A stretch of DNA of 27,574 nucleotides, from NCBI GenBank assembly GCA_045654425.1, contig JAZONJ010000152.1, forward strand, positions 1 through 27,574, in the 5' to 3' direction. Within the stretch, counting starts at the first letter, position 1; each line of letters opens with the position of its first letter. This stretch comes from Acutalibacteraceae bacterium (lineage in GTDB: Bacteria > Bacillota > Clostridia > Oscillospirales > Acutalibacteraceae). Shown one piece after another: positions 1 to 8,586 of this stretch. Both the position numbers and the translations under genes were made by a program. The notes under the pieces are model-generated. The model made no database searches and had not been told where the DNA came from. It saw only the letters and a program-made list of their open reading frames with translations.

Positions 1-517
1 CGGCAAGATAAGTTTCAACCTCTTGTCTTGTAGAGTTAATGAGCGGACGGATAAATATATCCCTTACAGGCGGTATTCCACCAAGTCCCTTTATTCCGCT
101 TCCTCTTGCAAGATTGTATATTACAGTTTCAAGATTATCGCTTGCCGTATGGGCAAGAGCAACCAAACCTTTAGCATGTTTCTTTAAAAGCTCATAACGG
201 ATATTTCTCGCGCAAAGTTCTATGCTTTCTCTTCGTTTTTCCGCTTCAACTTTTATGTCTGCTTTCTCTATAACAAGCGGTATGCCAAGTTCTTCGCAAA
301 TTTTCTTTACAAAAATCTCATCTCGGTCAGCCTCATTGCCTCTCAGCATATGATTCAAATGAAATGCAGAAAGAGCGAAACCGAATTCATCTTTTAAAGC
401 ATTCAATATATATAAGAGGCATACCGAATCGGCTCCTCCCGAAAGAGCAACGCATATTTCTTTTGATTCAGAAGAAATTCCGAGTTTTATAAGGGTGTTT
501 CTAACATTTGCAACCAT
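1..517 (-). CDS. tilS: tRNA(Ile)-lysidine synthase, N-terminal part (runs off the window start)
   Basis: Manual translation from ATG at 517 gives MVANVRNTLIKLGISSESKEICVALSGGADSVCLLY... and later ALAHTASDNLETVIYNLARGSGIKGLGGIPPVRDIFIRPLI. These are the PP-loop SGGxDS and TilS AH...D..ET...RG motifs. The start abuts the dnaB stop (TAA-ATG). Not in the ORF track because it is truncated. Confidence 0.95.
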   Translation of the reverse strand, partial: MVANVRNTLIKLGISSESKEICVALSGGADSVCLLYILNALKDEFGFALSAFHLNHMLRGNEADRDEIFVKKICEELGIPLVIEKADIKVEAEKRRESIELCARNIRYELLKKHAKGLVALAHTASDNLETVIYNLARGSGIKGLGGIPPVRDIFIRPLINSTRQEVETYLA

Positions 518-1894
518 TTATCTGAACACATCCTGCGAAGCAAAACGGGTAAACTTACCGTCCCAATGCAGATCAACCGTTTCTACACTTCCGTGTCGGT
601 TCTTAGCAACAATGATTTCTGCCTTGTTCGGATCTCCTCTGTTTTCTTCGCCGTCTTTCTCGTTATCATAATAGGTTTCACGATAGATAAAAAGTACCTG
701 GTCTGCGTCCTGCTCGATAGAACCCGACTCACGAAGGTCGGAGAGAGCAGGCTTATGGCTCTTTCCTTTTGTTTCGGTTCCACGAGAAAGCTGAGCGCAG
801 CAAAGGACCGGGATTCTCAGTTCCTTTGCCATAGCTTTAAGCGAACCGGTTATCTCCTGAACCTGTTGCACACGGTTATCACTACGGCTTGTCGAAGTGA
901 TAAGTCCGAGGTAGTCTATGAGTACAAGGTCAACCTTTTTCATTCGTCTGAGCTTCGCCTTCATTTGCTGAACGGTAATTCCGGGAGTTTCATCCAAATA
1001 AAGGTTAGCCTCTCCGAGCATTCTTCCCGCCTGAGTCAGTCTTGTCCACTCATCAGGGGTAAGGTCACCCGTTCTGAGTTTCTGGCTTTCGATAGAAGCT
1101 TCATTCGAAAGAAGTCTTTGAGCCAACTGGTCTCTCGTCATTTCCAGAGAGAAGAAGCAAACTGTCTTTTTAGCATTTACAGCAACGTTTCTTGCAATAT
1201 TAAGTGCAAGTGATGTCTTACCCATACCGGGACGTGCACCGAGAATAATAAGGTCAGATTTATTAAGACCCGTCGTTACCTTATCAAGCGCAGAAATACC
1301 TGTCGGAATACCGATAAAATCATTTCTCGTATCGGGATTTGCAAGTTTCATCAGTCGGTCATAGGTCTCATCCTCAATAACTGACTTTATATGAGTCAAA
1401 CCTGATGTTTCTCTTCCCTGACGAATACTGTAAATTGTGCTTTCTGCATTCTCAAGAAGCTTAGTAGCATCTACAAGATTCTCATTTACGTCCTTTATTA
1501 TGCTTCCTGCAGCCTCAAGCAAGGAACGAGCAAAAAAACGTTCCTTTACAATTGCTGCATATGTCAGAATATTTGCAGGAATTACAAACATCTTTACAAG
1601 CTGAGTAAGGTATGATTTCCAACCCGCTTCATCGTATGTATTATCTGATTTAAGCTGTTCAAGAAGAGATACATAATCAATAGCATAACCGCCAAGCTCG
1701 ATCATCGCGCAAAGGGTTCTGTATATTACCCTGTGCTGAGGCAGATAAAAGTGCTCGGTATGAAGCTCTGTAACTACATCGTTGAGACTCTCGGGTTTTA
1801 TAAGCACCGATGCTAAAACCGCCTGCTCTGCTTCTGTAGAATACGGCAGATTAAGACCGGACGCGGTTGTAGCAAAATCAATTTCAGGACTCAT
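518..1894 (-). CDS. dnaB: Replicative DNA helicase
   Basis: 458 aa; N-terminal LPYSTEAEQAVL, Walker A GARPGMGKT, FSLEM, LIDYLGL, SDLRESGSIEQDAD, KNRHG; follows rplI. No intein-sized insertion. Confidence 0.98.
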   Translation of the reverse strand: MSPEIDFATTASGLNLPYSTEAEQAVLASVLIKPESLNDVVTELHTEHFYLPQHRVIYRTLCAMIELGGYAIDYVSLLEQLKSDNTYDEAGWKSYLTQLVKMFVIPANILTYAAIVKERFFARSLLEAAGSIIKDVNENLVDATKLLENAESTIYSIRQGRETSGLTHIKSVIEDETYDRLMKLANPDTRNDFIGIPTGISALDKVTTGLNKSDLIILGARPGMGKTSLALNIARNVAVNAKKTVCFFSLEMTRDQLAQRLLSNEASIESQKLRTGDLTPDEWTRLTQAGRMLGEANLYLDETPGITVQQMKAKLRRMKKVDLVLIDYLGLITSTSRSDNRVQQVQEITGSLKAMAKELRIPVLCCAQLSRGTETKGKSHKPALSDLRESGSIEQDADQVLFIYRETYYDNEKDGEENRGDPNKAEIIVAKNRHGSVETVDLHWDGKFTRFASQDVFR

Positions 1895-1917
1895 TTTAAA
1901 AGTTCCTCACTTTATCT

Positions 1918-2364
1918 TTATTCAGCAGATGAAACAACTACCGTAAAGGTTGCAGAAATATCTGTAAAAAGTTTTACTGTAGCTGTATATTCACCGAAGT
2001 TTTTAATATCTGCTACTGTAAGCTTTTTCTTGTCAATTTTAGTGCCAAGCATTTTGTTGAGCGCTTCTGCTACTTCCTTTGAAGTAACCGAACCAAAAAG
2101 TTTTCCGCTTGAACCTGCTTTTGCATGAAGTTCTACCTTTTTACCCTCGATAAGCGCGGCAGTAGCCTTTGCGGCAGCCTTTTCTTCCTCGTAATGATGG
2201 ATTTTCGCCTCTGCCTTGCTGTTAAACTCAGACATTGCAGCAGCATTTGCCTCTTTAGCTAAATTCTTCGGGAAAAGGAAATTTCTCGCATATCCGTCAG
2301 AAACGTTTACAAGTTCACCTTTTTTGCCGTGTCCCTTAACATCCTCTAATAAAATTACTTTCAT
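1918..2364 (-). CDS. rplI: 50S ribosomal protein L9
   Basis: [32 protein letters not shown] and GKLFGSVT motifs; 148 aa. Confidence 0.99.
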   Translation of the reverse strand: MKVILLEDVKGHGKKGELVNVSDGYARNFLFPKNLAKEANAAAMSEFNSKAEAKIHHYEEEKAAAKATAALIEGKKVELHAKAGSSGKLFGSVTSKEVAEALNKMLGTKIDKKKLTVADIKNFGEYTATVKLFTDISATFTVVVSSAE

Positions 2365-2387
2365 ATTTTATCACCTTTCTTCGTGTA

Positions 2388-3560
2388 TTACTTTAATTGA
2401 TCGGATTTATATTCATCAATAGCGCTTATAAGCAGTTTATAAGCCATATCAAAATCATCCGCTTTTATCTGACAGGCAGCCACCGTTTTGTGTCCCCCGC
2501 CTCCAAGCTTTTCGACTATTTTTTTAACATTCATATCGCCGTATGAGCGGGCAGAAATATTGATTCTGTCTCCCGAAGGGCAAAAAACAAAGGATGCTCT
2601 GACTCCGCTGATTCCGAGAAGTTCATCAGCCGCCTGAGCCGCACATACTCTCGCATACTGGTCGTTTATCTCACTTTTAGAAATCGCGCAATCATCATAA
2701 ATGTGTGCATCTGCAATAATTTCATACTTTCTCTTGCAAACATCAATAGTCTCAGAGAAAAGCTGTTTAACAGTTTTGGGGTCAGCCTTTTGCTGACGGA
2801 GATATGACGCTATCCTGAAGGTATCAGGTGCGGTATTCATAACAAAATTCTTTGTATCAAGCATTATGCCTGAGAAAAGTGCATTTGCTGCAACCTTTCC
2901 AATTTGTCTCGTGCTAAGCGTTTTTATTATAGCGGTACATATCTCACAGGCAGATGAAGCTGAGGTTTTAAGGAAACTGAGGTTTGCTCTTGAAGCAAAA
3001 TCTTCTGCTCTGAGATGATGGTCTATAATAACAACATGACCTGCTTTTTCGTAAGCTTCATAAAAATCCATAATCACGGGTCTGTGAGTATCGACAACTA
3101 TAAGTAAAGTATCTTCTCCGACAAGATACGGAACATCGGCTTCTCCAAAAAACTTGCAGTCGGGATCGCTAAAGCAAATCATATCTACAAGCGGTCTGCC
3201 GAGAGTGTTTTCTTTATTTAGAAGCATACTTACATCATATTTTGTTCTCAGATATGAATAAAGACCGTAAGAAGCTCCTATCGAGTCAAGATCGGAATAT
3301 TTATGCCCCATTATAACAATATTAGACGCTTTTTTACATAACTTATCGAGTTCTTTCGAAAAGCGTATCATTTTAAGGTCAAGAACACCTATGTTACAAA
3401 TAAGGTCGAGCGCTTTAAACAGCGTAATAAATACAACAGCACTCAGGATAACGACCGGAATTGCCAACCACAAATTTGTTAAAGCGGTAATTGCCGATAC
3501 AAATACGCAATACGCAACCAAAACCACAATCATTTTTGTTTTTAAAGTAAGTTTTTTCAC
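2388..3560 (-). CDS. Membrane-anchored DHH/DHHA1 phosphodiesterase (GdpP-like, without PAS/GGDEF)
   Basis: Two N-terminal hydrophobic segments, then GHKYSDLDS, VVDTH, IIDHH, GIMLDTKNF, ISARS and GGGGH motifs. GTG start with AAAGGAG RBS. Occupies the usual gdpP position before rplI-dnaB. Confidence 0.9.
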   Translation of the reverse strand: MKKLTLKTKMIVVLVAYCVFVSAITALTNLWLAIPVVILSAVVFITLFKALDLICNIGVLDLKMIRFSKELDKLCKKASNIVIMGHKYSDLDSIGASYGLYSYLRTKYDVSMLLNKENTLGRPLVDMICFSDPDCKFFGEADVPYLVGEDTLLIVVDTHRPVIMDFYEAYEKAGHVVIIDHHLRAEDFASRANLSFLKTSASSACEICTAIIKTLSTRQIGKVAANALFSGIMLDTKNFVMNTAPDTFRIASYLRQQKADPKTVKQLFSETIDVCKRKYEIIADAHIYDDCAISKSEINDQYARVCAAQAADELLGISGVRASFVFCPSGDRINISARSYGDMNVKKIVEKLGGGGHKTVAACQIKADDFDMAYKLLISAIDEYKSDQLK

Positions 3561-3585
3561 GGTCGTTCTCCTTTCTGTTTGAAAA

Positions 3586-5424
3586 TTAGATATCCATAAT
3601 GATCGGAAGAATCATCGGACTTCTTCTTGTGTTTTCATAGAGATAACGCGAAACTGAATCTCTGACTCTTGAACGAATAGTGTTATAGTCCCGTATATTC
3701 TGAATATAACATCTCTCAATAGCATCCTCAGCCACTTCTTTTATCTGATTCAAAAGCTCCTCGGATTCCTTAGCGTAAACAAAACCTCTTGTTACAATCT
3801 CGGGTCCCGAAACTACCTCGCGGGAAGCCGAATCCATTGTAAACGCAACTACAATTATACCGTGGTCAGAAAGATGCTTTCTATCTTTAAGCACTACCGC
3901 GCCGACATCTCCGACCCCAAGTCCATCGACAAGAACGCTTCCTGCTGTTACAGTCTCGGTCTTTTTAATTCCCTTTGAGCTAAGCTCAATAACCTCGCCG
4001 ATATTTGCCATAAGGATATTATCCTTGTCGATTCCGCTAGCCTTCGCAAGCATAGCGTGCTTATAAAGGTGCTTCTGCTCTCCGTGAACCGGGATAAAAT
4101 ACTTAGGCTTAACAAGCGAAAGCATCAGCTTCAGTTCTTCCTGACAAGCGTGTCCCGAAACGTGAACGTCGTACATTTTTTCGTAAACGACATCTGCTCC
4201 TCGCTTCATAAGCTCGTTTACAACCTTACCGACAAGCTTTTCATTACCGGGGATGGGGGTTGCTGAAATGATAATCATATCATTTGGAACTATATCAACG
4301 TTTCTGTGGTCATTATAAGCCATTCTGTGAAGTGCAGAAAGGGGTTCTCCCTGACTTCCCGTTGTGATAATAACAAGCTGTTCTGCCGGATATTTCTTTA
4401 TGCTTTCGATATCAATAAGAACATTTTCAGGAACATTCAGATATCCAAGCTCCGATGCGATTGAAACTACGTTCAGCATGCTTCTGCCCGAAACGGCAAC
4501 CTTTCGTTTGTAGCTTACCGCTGCATCAATAATCTGCTGTATACGGTGAATATTAGACGAGAAGGTTGCAACTATAATTCGGTTTTTGCCCGCTTTTCTG
4601 AACAGGGTCGCAAAGGATTCGCCAACAAGTTTTTCAGAAGCGGTGTATCCCGGACGCTCTGCGTTTGTAGAATCGGATAAGAGCGCCAATACGCCCTCAC
4701 TTCCGAGTTTTGCAAAACGGGAAAGGTCAATAACCTTATCATCAATCGGGGTAGTATCAATTTTGAAGTCTCCCGTCTGAATAACAGTTCCTGCCGAAGT
4801 TTTAATCGCAAATGCAACTGCATTTGGTATTGAATGATTTACATGGATGAATTCTATACTGAATTTACCGAGTGTTACAGTTTCTCCTGCATTTACGACA
4901 TTAAGCTTTGCGCCGCCAAGCAGCTTGTGTTCTTTTAGTTTACCTTCAATAAGACCAACCGTCAGTCGTGTCGCATATATAGGAACATTGATTTCTCTTA
5001 GTAAATACGGAATCGCTCCGATATGGTCTTCGTGTCCGTGGGTAACAAAAAGCCCGAGTATACGCTCTTTATTCTGAACAAGATAAGAAAAATCGGGGAT
5101 TACTATATCAATACCCGGCATCTCTTCGTCAGGAAAACTCATACCGCAATCAACAAGAATTATATCCTTTTCGTACTCATACACGGTTATATTCTTGCCG
5201 ATTTCGCCAAGTCCTCCAAGCGGTATTATGCGAAGAGGCGTTTTGTTCTTATTCGTTTTTTGCACAGGGTTCTTCTTATGGGGATTGCCTGTCTTTTTTG
5301 CATTTGTAGTCTTTTTGGGTGCTTTTTGACTTGTTTTAGTCTTCTCTTTTGCAGACTTATTCTGCTTATAGGTATTGGGCTTACCTGTTTTTTTAGTTTT
5401 CTTAGTGGTGTTGTCTGTTGACAT
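3586..5424 (-). CDS. rnj: Ribonuclease J
   Basis: LGGLGEIGKN, THGHEDHIG, HVNHSIP, TGDFKID, TGSQGEP, HVSGHA and PVHGE motifs. I moved the start to ATG 5424 (MSTDN...) because GGAGG lies just upstream; the ORF track starts at 5448. Confidence 0.97.
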   Translation of the reverse strand: MSTDNTTKKTKKTGKPNTYKQNKSAKEKTKTSQKAPKKTTNAKKTGNPHKKNPVQKTNKNKTPLRIIPLGGLGEIGKNITVYEYEKDIILVDCGMSFPDEEMPGIDIVIPDFSYLVQNKERILGLFVTHGHEDHIGAIPYLLREINVPIYATRLTVGLIEGKLKEHKLLGGAKLNVVNAGETVTLGKFSIEFIHVNHSIPNAVAFAIKTSAGTVIQTGDFKIDTTPIDDKVIDLSRFAKLGSEGVLALLSDSTNAERPGYTASEKLVGESFATLFRKAGKNRIIVATFSSNIHRIQQIIDAAVSYKRKVAVSGRSMLNVVSIASELGYLNVPENVLIDIESIKKYPAEQLVIITTGSQGEPLSALHRMAYNDHRNVDIVPNDMIIISATPIPGNEKLVGKVVNELMKRGADVVYEKMYDVHVSGHACQEELKLMLSLVKPKYFIPVHGEQKHLYKHAMLAKASGIDKDNILMANIGEVIELSSKGIKKTETVTAGSVLVDGLGVGDVGAVVLKDRKHLSDHGIIVVAFTMDSASREVVSGPEIVTRGFVYAKESEELLNQIKEVAEDAIERCYIQNIRDYNTIRSRVRDSVSRYLYENTRRSPMILPIIMDI

Positions 5425-5526
5425 TAAATATTTTTCCTCCAATAACAATATGAAATATGTATTTTATCCCAAACATATATTTAAAAAATGATTTTCAAAT
5501 AGAAATGCGTATAAATAATCAATATA

Positions 5527-5555
5527 ATTTTACTGTCAAATTACTTTATTGTCAA
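5527..5555 (-). promoter_or_regulatory. sigmaA-type promoter for the rnj operon
   Basis: Minus strand TTGACA (5555-5550), 17 bp, TAAAAT (5532-5527). Confidence 0.65.
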
Positions 5556-5611
5556 GTATTAGTATATAATAACATTATAGGACATAAAAACTTTTTATAA
5601 ACATTTACCTG

Positions 5612-5640
5612 TTGAAAAAAATCGGATTTTATGATAGAAT
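5612..5640 (+). promoter_or_regulatory. sigmaA-type promoter for degV
   Basis: TTGAAA, 17 bp, TAGAAT with a TGn extended -10, 23 bp upstream of the ATG. Confidence 0.7.
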
Positions 5641-5663
5641 TAATAAAAAATTATTAGGAGGCT

Positions 5664-6530
5664 ATGAATTTGGCAGACAAGAAAGTAATTATTACACGTG
5701 ACAGCACCAGCGACCTTCCGCCTGAAATTGTGGAAGCATTAAATATAAAAACCATTCCCCTCGTAGTAACCCTCGGTGATAAATCCTACAGAGACGGTGT
5801 AGATATCACGCCTGACGATATCTACAAATATCACGAAGAGCACGGTGTTCTGCCCAAAACTGCGGCAGCAAATATCGATGACCTTATAAATTTCTTCAAA
5901 CCTTTCGTTGACGAAGGCTATGCTATCGTGCATTTCACAATCAGTTCTTCAATGTCCTGCACATATCAAAACAGTTGTATCGCCGCAGAAGAATTTGAAG
6001 ACGTATATGTAGTAGATACTGCCAATCTTTCCACAGGTGAAGCACTGCTTATTATGAAGGCTGCGGAAATGATTAAGGAAGGTCTTTCTGCAAAGGAAGT
6101 ATATGATAAGGTTACCAATCTTATCCCGAATGTAGACGCATCTTTTGTTATCGACAGTCTCGAATATCTTCATAAGGGCGGCAGATGCTCTGCCATCGCT
6201 GCACTCGGTGCTAACCTGTTAAAGCTCAAGCCTTGTATTGAGGTTCATAACGGAAGCATGGGAGTCAGCAAAAAATATCGTGGTAAATATGCCGAGACTC
6301 TGAAACAGTATGTCTCCGAACGCCTTGAGAACATTTCATCCATCGACCTTTCTCGCATCTTCGTTACTCACGCAGGTTGCGACCCTGAAATAGTAGATCA
6401 GGTTGTAAATCAGGTTAAGGCTTCGGCACCTTTTGCAGAGGTTATCGTTTCTCGCGCAGGTTGTACGGTTTCTGCTCACTGCGGCGCTAATACTCTTGGT
6501 ATTCTCTATCTTAGAAAATCCGCAAAATAA
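5664..6530 (+). CDS. DegV family fatty-acid-binding protein (FakB-like)
   Basis: DSTSDLP, LPKTAA, ISSSMSCTY, VVDTANLS, SLEYLHKGGR and SAHCG motifs; AGGAGG RBS. Confidence 0.95.
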   Translation: MNLADKKVIITRDSTSDLPPEIVEALNIKTIPLVVTLGDKSYRDGVDITPDDIYKYHEEHGVLPKTAAANIDDLINFFKPFVDEGYAIVHFTISSSMSCTYQNSCIAAEEFEDVYVVDTANLSTGEALLIMKAAEMIKEGLSAKEVYDKVTNLIPNVDASFVIDSLEYLHKGGRCSAIAALGANLLKLKPCIEVHNGSMGVSKKYRGKYAETLKQYVSERLENISSIDLSRIFVTHAGCDPEIVDQVVNQVKASAPFAEVIVSRAGCTVSAHCGANTLGILYLRKSAK

Positions 6531-6562
6531 ACTGACATTTGTTCACTTTTCTGCATAATATA

Positions 6563-6690
6563 AGACAGGGAGCAAACGGATATCCGATCAATCGGCGATA
6601 GCCTGCAGTCCTGTCTACAAGATTACCGACAGTTAAAAGTCTCCCTTGAATATAAAAAAGCCATCCGAATTCGGATGGCTTTCGTTTTTT
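6563..6690 (+). ncRNA. Candidate structured small RNA of unknown family
   Basis: ORF-less intergenic stretch with a promoter-like element upstream (6532-6561), nested hairpins and a downstream terminator. I do not recognise the family. Confidence 0.35.
6654..6690. terminator. Bidirectional intrinsic terminator
   Basis: Perfect 26-bp palindrome AAAGCCATCCGAATTCGGATGGCTTT (6657-6682) with A/T tracts on both sides, between convergent genes. Confidence 0.85.
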
Positions 6691-7552
6691 ATTCTTCATC
6701 TTCGGGAAGTAATCTTTTGTCGTTAAAAACTCCCTCTTCGTCTTCATCGTCCTCAGGAACCTCTAGTCCAAGACTTCTGCGAAGTTCAATATCTGCATCG
6801 GGATTAGCCTCATAATAAGGATCAATCATCATCTTCTTTACAGACGGGAAAACACAAAACTGTATGAGCAGGTGCTTAAAGCCCGGGAAGAATAGAATAT
6901 TAAGCAGAACGATAACAACAACAGAAAGAATAAAAATTTCTGCGTTTGCTACACACAAAAGGCAAATTCCAACCGAGAGTGCATACCACAAAATCGATGC
7001 AAGTCCTGCAATAATATTGTTTTTCAGATTAATAAAGACAAAATAGAAAGAGTTTTTAATTATCTTTCCAATGGGTAGATTAAAGGTTATAAGAATAAGC
7101 CATACGTAGTATTTCATTACCGAAATAACGAAGAACACCGACAGCATAAGACCTGTTCCGATAATACTGAACCAACCGCCGAGAGTCTCCTGAAAATTAA
7201 AGTAATAAAGCACGCCGGACGCTACAACCATAGCGGTAATTACCACATTGATAATACCCATTACGAGAGCCTGTTTCCAGTTTTTCTTGATAGTCTCGAA
7301 AAAATCACTGATACCGAAAGAATGCTTGTCTCTAGCCATATTTCTTGCGATATTAGTCATTCCCGCGCTTCCAAGACCTGACGGTATAAGGAGAAGGTTA
7401 AAAAGACAATATACGATACCTGACGGCAAAAGACGCCAGATATTCCGAAACCAAGTCTCAAAGAAAACGAAAAACGTACGCTTTTTAGGAGCGTCCTTAC
7501 TAATGCCCGGACCGGGCTTGCTATAATTAAAAAATCCACCGAAAAGTCCCAT
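6689..7552 (-). CDS. YesL/DUF624-like integral membrane protein
   Basis: GPGISKDAP, FFETIKKNWKQAL and IIKNSFYF patterns; 4-5 hydrophobic helices; acidic tail. Overlaps the upstream gene by TAATG. Confidence 0.7.
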   Translation of the reverse strand: MGLFGGFFNYSKPGPGISKDAPKKRTFFVFFETWFRNIWRLLPSGIVYCLFNLLLIPSGLGSAGMTNIARNMARDKHSFGISDFFETIKKNWKQALVMGIINVVITAMVVASGVLYYFNFQETLGGWFSIIGTGLMLSVFFVISVMKYYVWLILITFNLPIGKIIKNSFYFVFINLKNNIIAGLASILWYALSVGICLLCVANAEIFILSVVVIVLLNILFFPGFKHLLIQFCVFPSVKKMMIDPYYEANPDADIELRRSLGLEVPEDDEDEEGVFNDKRLLPEDEE

Positions 7553-8154
7553 TATTTATCCCCTTTTTTCTTAAATACTACTCTTTCAAAAAGATTTATC
7601 CTCTTATATCCGAGAGTGTAGCAAGCATGACAGATTAGTGGTACTAAAAATACCGTAAGTGAAGCCGCCGCAATGCTCAGCCAACTCATATTTGAAGTAT
7701 TAATATTACCACCGAAGATTAACTGATGATAAGCAAATAAATGGTAATTCGTAAAATTAAAGAAAACTGTTGACCATCTGCCAACTATTCCAAGCTTTCC
7801 GAGAATAAGAACAATATAGCTTACAAGAGCAAAAACAGCGGGAACTATTCCTAATTTCAGTCCCTTATACTTATCATATTCAATTCTTCCGAACTGAACC
7901 TTATTTGCATCCGAGTCTCCTATGTAAAAAAGTTTTCCGTTGATGAAAAGAACAAGTGTACCGAGAGAACAAAAAGCGCTAAGTATAAGCATAACGACAT
8001 ATCCCGCGCCCGTTACATTGTCGCCGCTCTCTGAAATTGCAGCAAAAATCATATACAAAGAAACCGTTACAATTAGCGACATGGTTATACAAACAAGATA
8101 TTTCACAAGCAAAGAAAAGCTTGTTTTCAGCATTTGTTTATCCAAAAAATCCAC
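7552..8154 (-). CDS. Hypothetical integral membrane protein (about 4 TM)
   Basis: 200-aa ORF with several hydrophobic helices. RBS spacing (AAGAGGTGG) suggests the real start may be TTG at 8145. Confidence 0.75.
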   Translation of the reverse strand: MDFLDKQMLKTSFSLLVKYLVCITMSLIVTVSLYMIFAAISESGDNVTGAGYVVMLILSAFCSLGTLVLFINGKLFYIGDSDANKVQFGRIEYDKYKGLKLGIVPAVFALVSYIVLILGKLGIVGRWSTVFFNFTNYHLFAYHQLIFGGNINTSNMSWLSIAAASLTVFLVPLICHACYTLGYKRINLFERVVFKKKGDK

Positions 8155-8179
8155 CTCTTAAAACTTTACATTACATTTG

Positions 8180-8208
8180 ATTATATAATAATATAATAGA
8201 AAAAGCAA
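8180..8208 (-). promoter_or_regulatory. sigmaA-type promoter for the two membrane-protein genes
   Basis: Minus strand TTGCTT (8208-8203), 17 bp, TATAAT (8185-8180). Confidence 0.65.
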
Positions 8209-8236
8209 GCACCGAATAGATGCTCGCCCTAAAGAT

Positions 8237-8521
8237 TTACAAAATATTCAAAACTAAAACCAATCCGCCAAATGCCACGAAAAGCATTGCCGAAAGAACA
8301 ATAAGCAATTTAATGTTCTTGTTTTTTGCTTTACCCGAAGATAAAAAATCGGTGTTCCCGACATCTGAACTCAACAAATCTATATACTTTTCAGCCTCGG
8401 CATAAAGCCTTTTTTGCGATGTGTGGCTTTGCTCCGGATTTACAAAAAGTATCGCCCGTTCAAAATACCCGTGGTCTGTACAATTAATTTCTATTACAGT
8501 TTTGTTTACGCCTTTTAACAT
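8237..8521 (-). CDS. Small hypothetical protein with a C-terminal TM anchor
   Basis: 94 aa, MLKGVNKTVIEINCTDHGYFERAILFV...; AGGAG RBS 7 nt upstream; hydrophobic C-terminus. Confidence 0.75.
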   Translation of the reverse strand: MLKGVNKTVIEINCTDHGYFERAILFVNPEQSHTSQKRLYAEAEKYIDLLSSDVGNTDFLSSGKAKNKNIKLLIVLSAMLFVAFGGLVLVLNIL

Positions 8522-8558
8522 AAAAATACTCCTGACTCAGTTGTTCAGGAGTATTTTT
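8522..8558 (-). terminator. 14-bp inverted repeat (terminator-like hairpin containing the RBS of the 94-aa gene)
   Basis: AAAAATACTCCTGA, 9 nt, TCAGGAGTATTTTT; the 3' arm on the minus strand carries AGGAG and runs directly into the ATG. Confidence 0.6.
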
Positions 8559-8581
8559 GGCAAAAAATGTATTAATTATTC
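8552..8581 (-). promoter_or_regulatory. Possible forespore (sigmaF/sigmaG-type) promoter
   Basis: Minus strand GAATA, 15 bp, GCCAAAAATA, close to the B. subtilis sigmaF consensus GYATA-15-GGnnAnAnT. AT-rich matches arise easily by chance. Confidence 0.35.
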
Positions 8582-8586
8582 AAAGA

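Noticed and set aside
566-1213. 215-aa plus-strand ORF antisense to dnaB
   Set aside because: Lies entirely opposite a highly conserved gene, has no RBS and no recognisable motifs; a typical codon-bias shadow ORF.
5534-5555. Tandem TTGACA hexamers 16 bp apart upstream of rnj
   Set aside because: Only the upstream copy has a matching -10; the second is most simply chance within the spacer.
6570-6630. GCAAAC and TTACCGA suggested a c-di-GMP-I riboswitch
   Set aside because: No GNRA tetraloop/receptor and no GACGCAAAG core, and no downstream gene on that strand to regulate.
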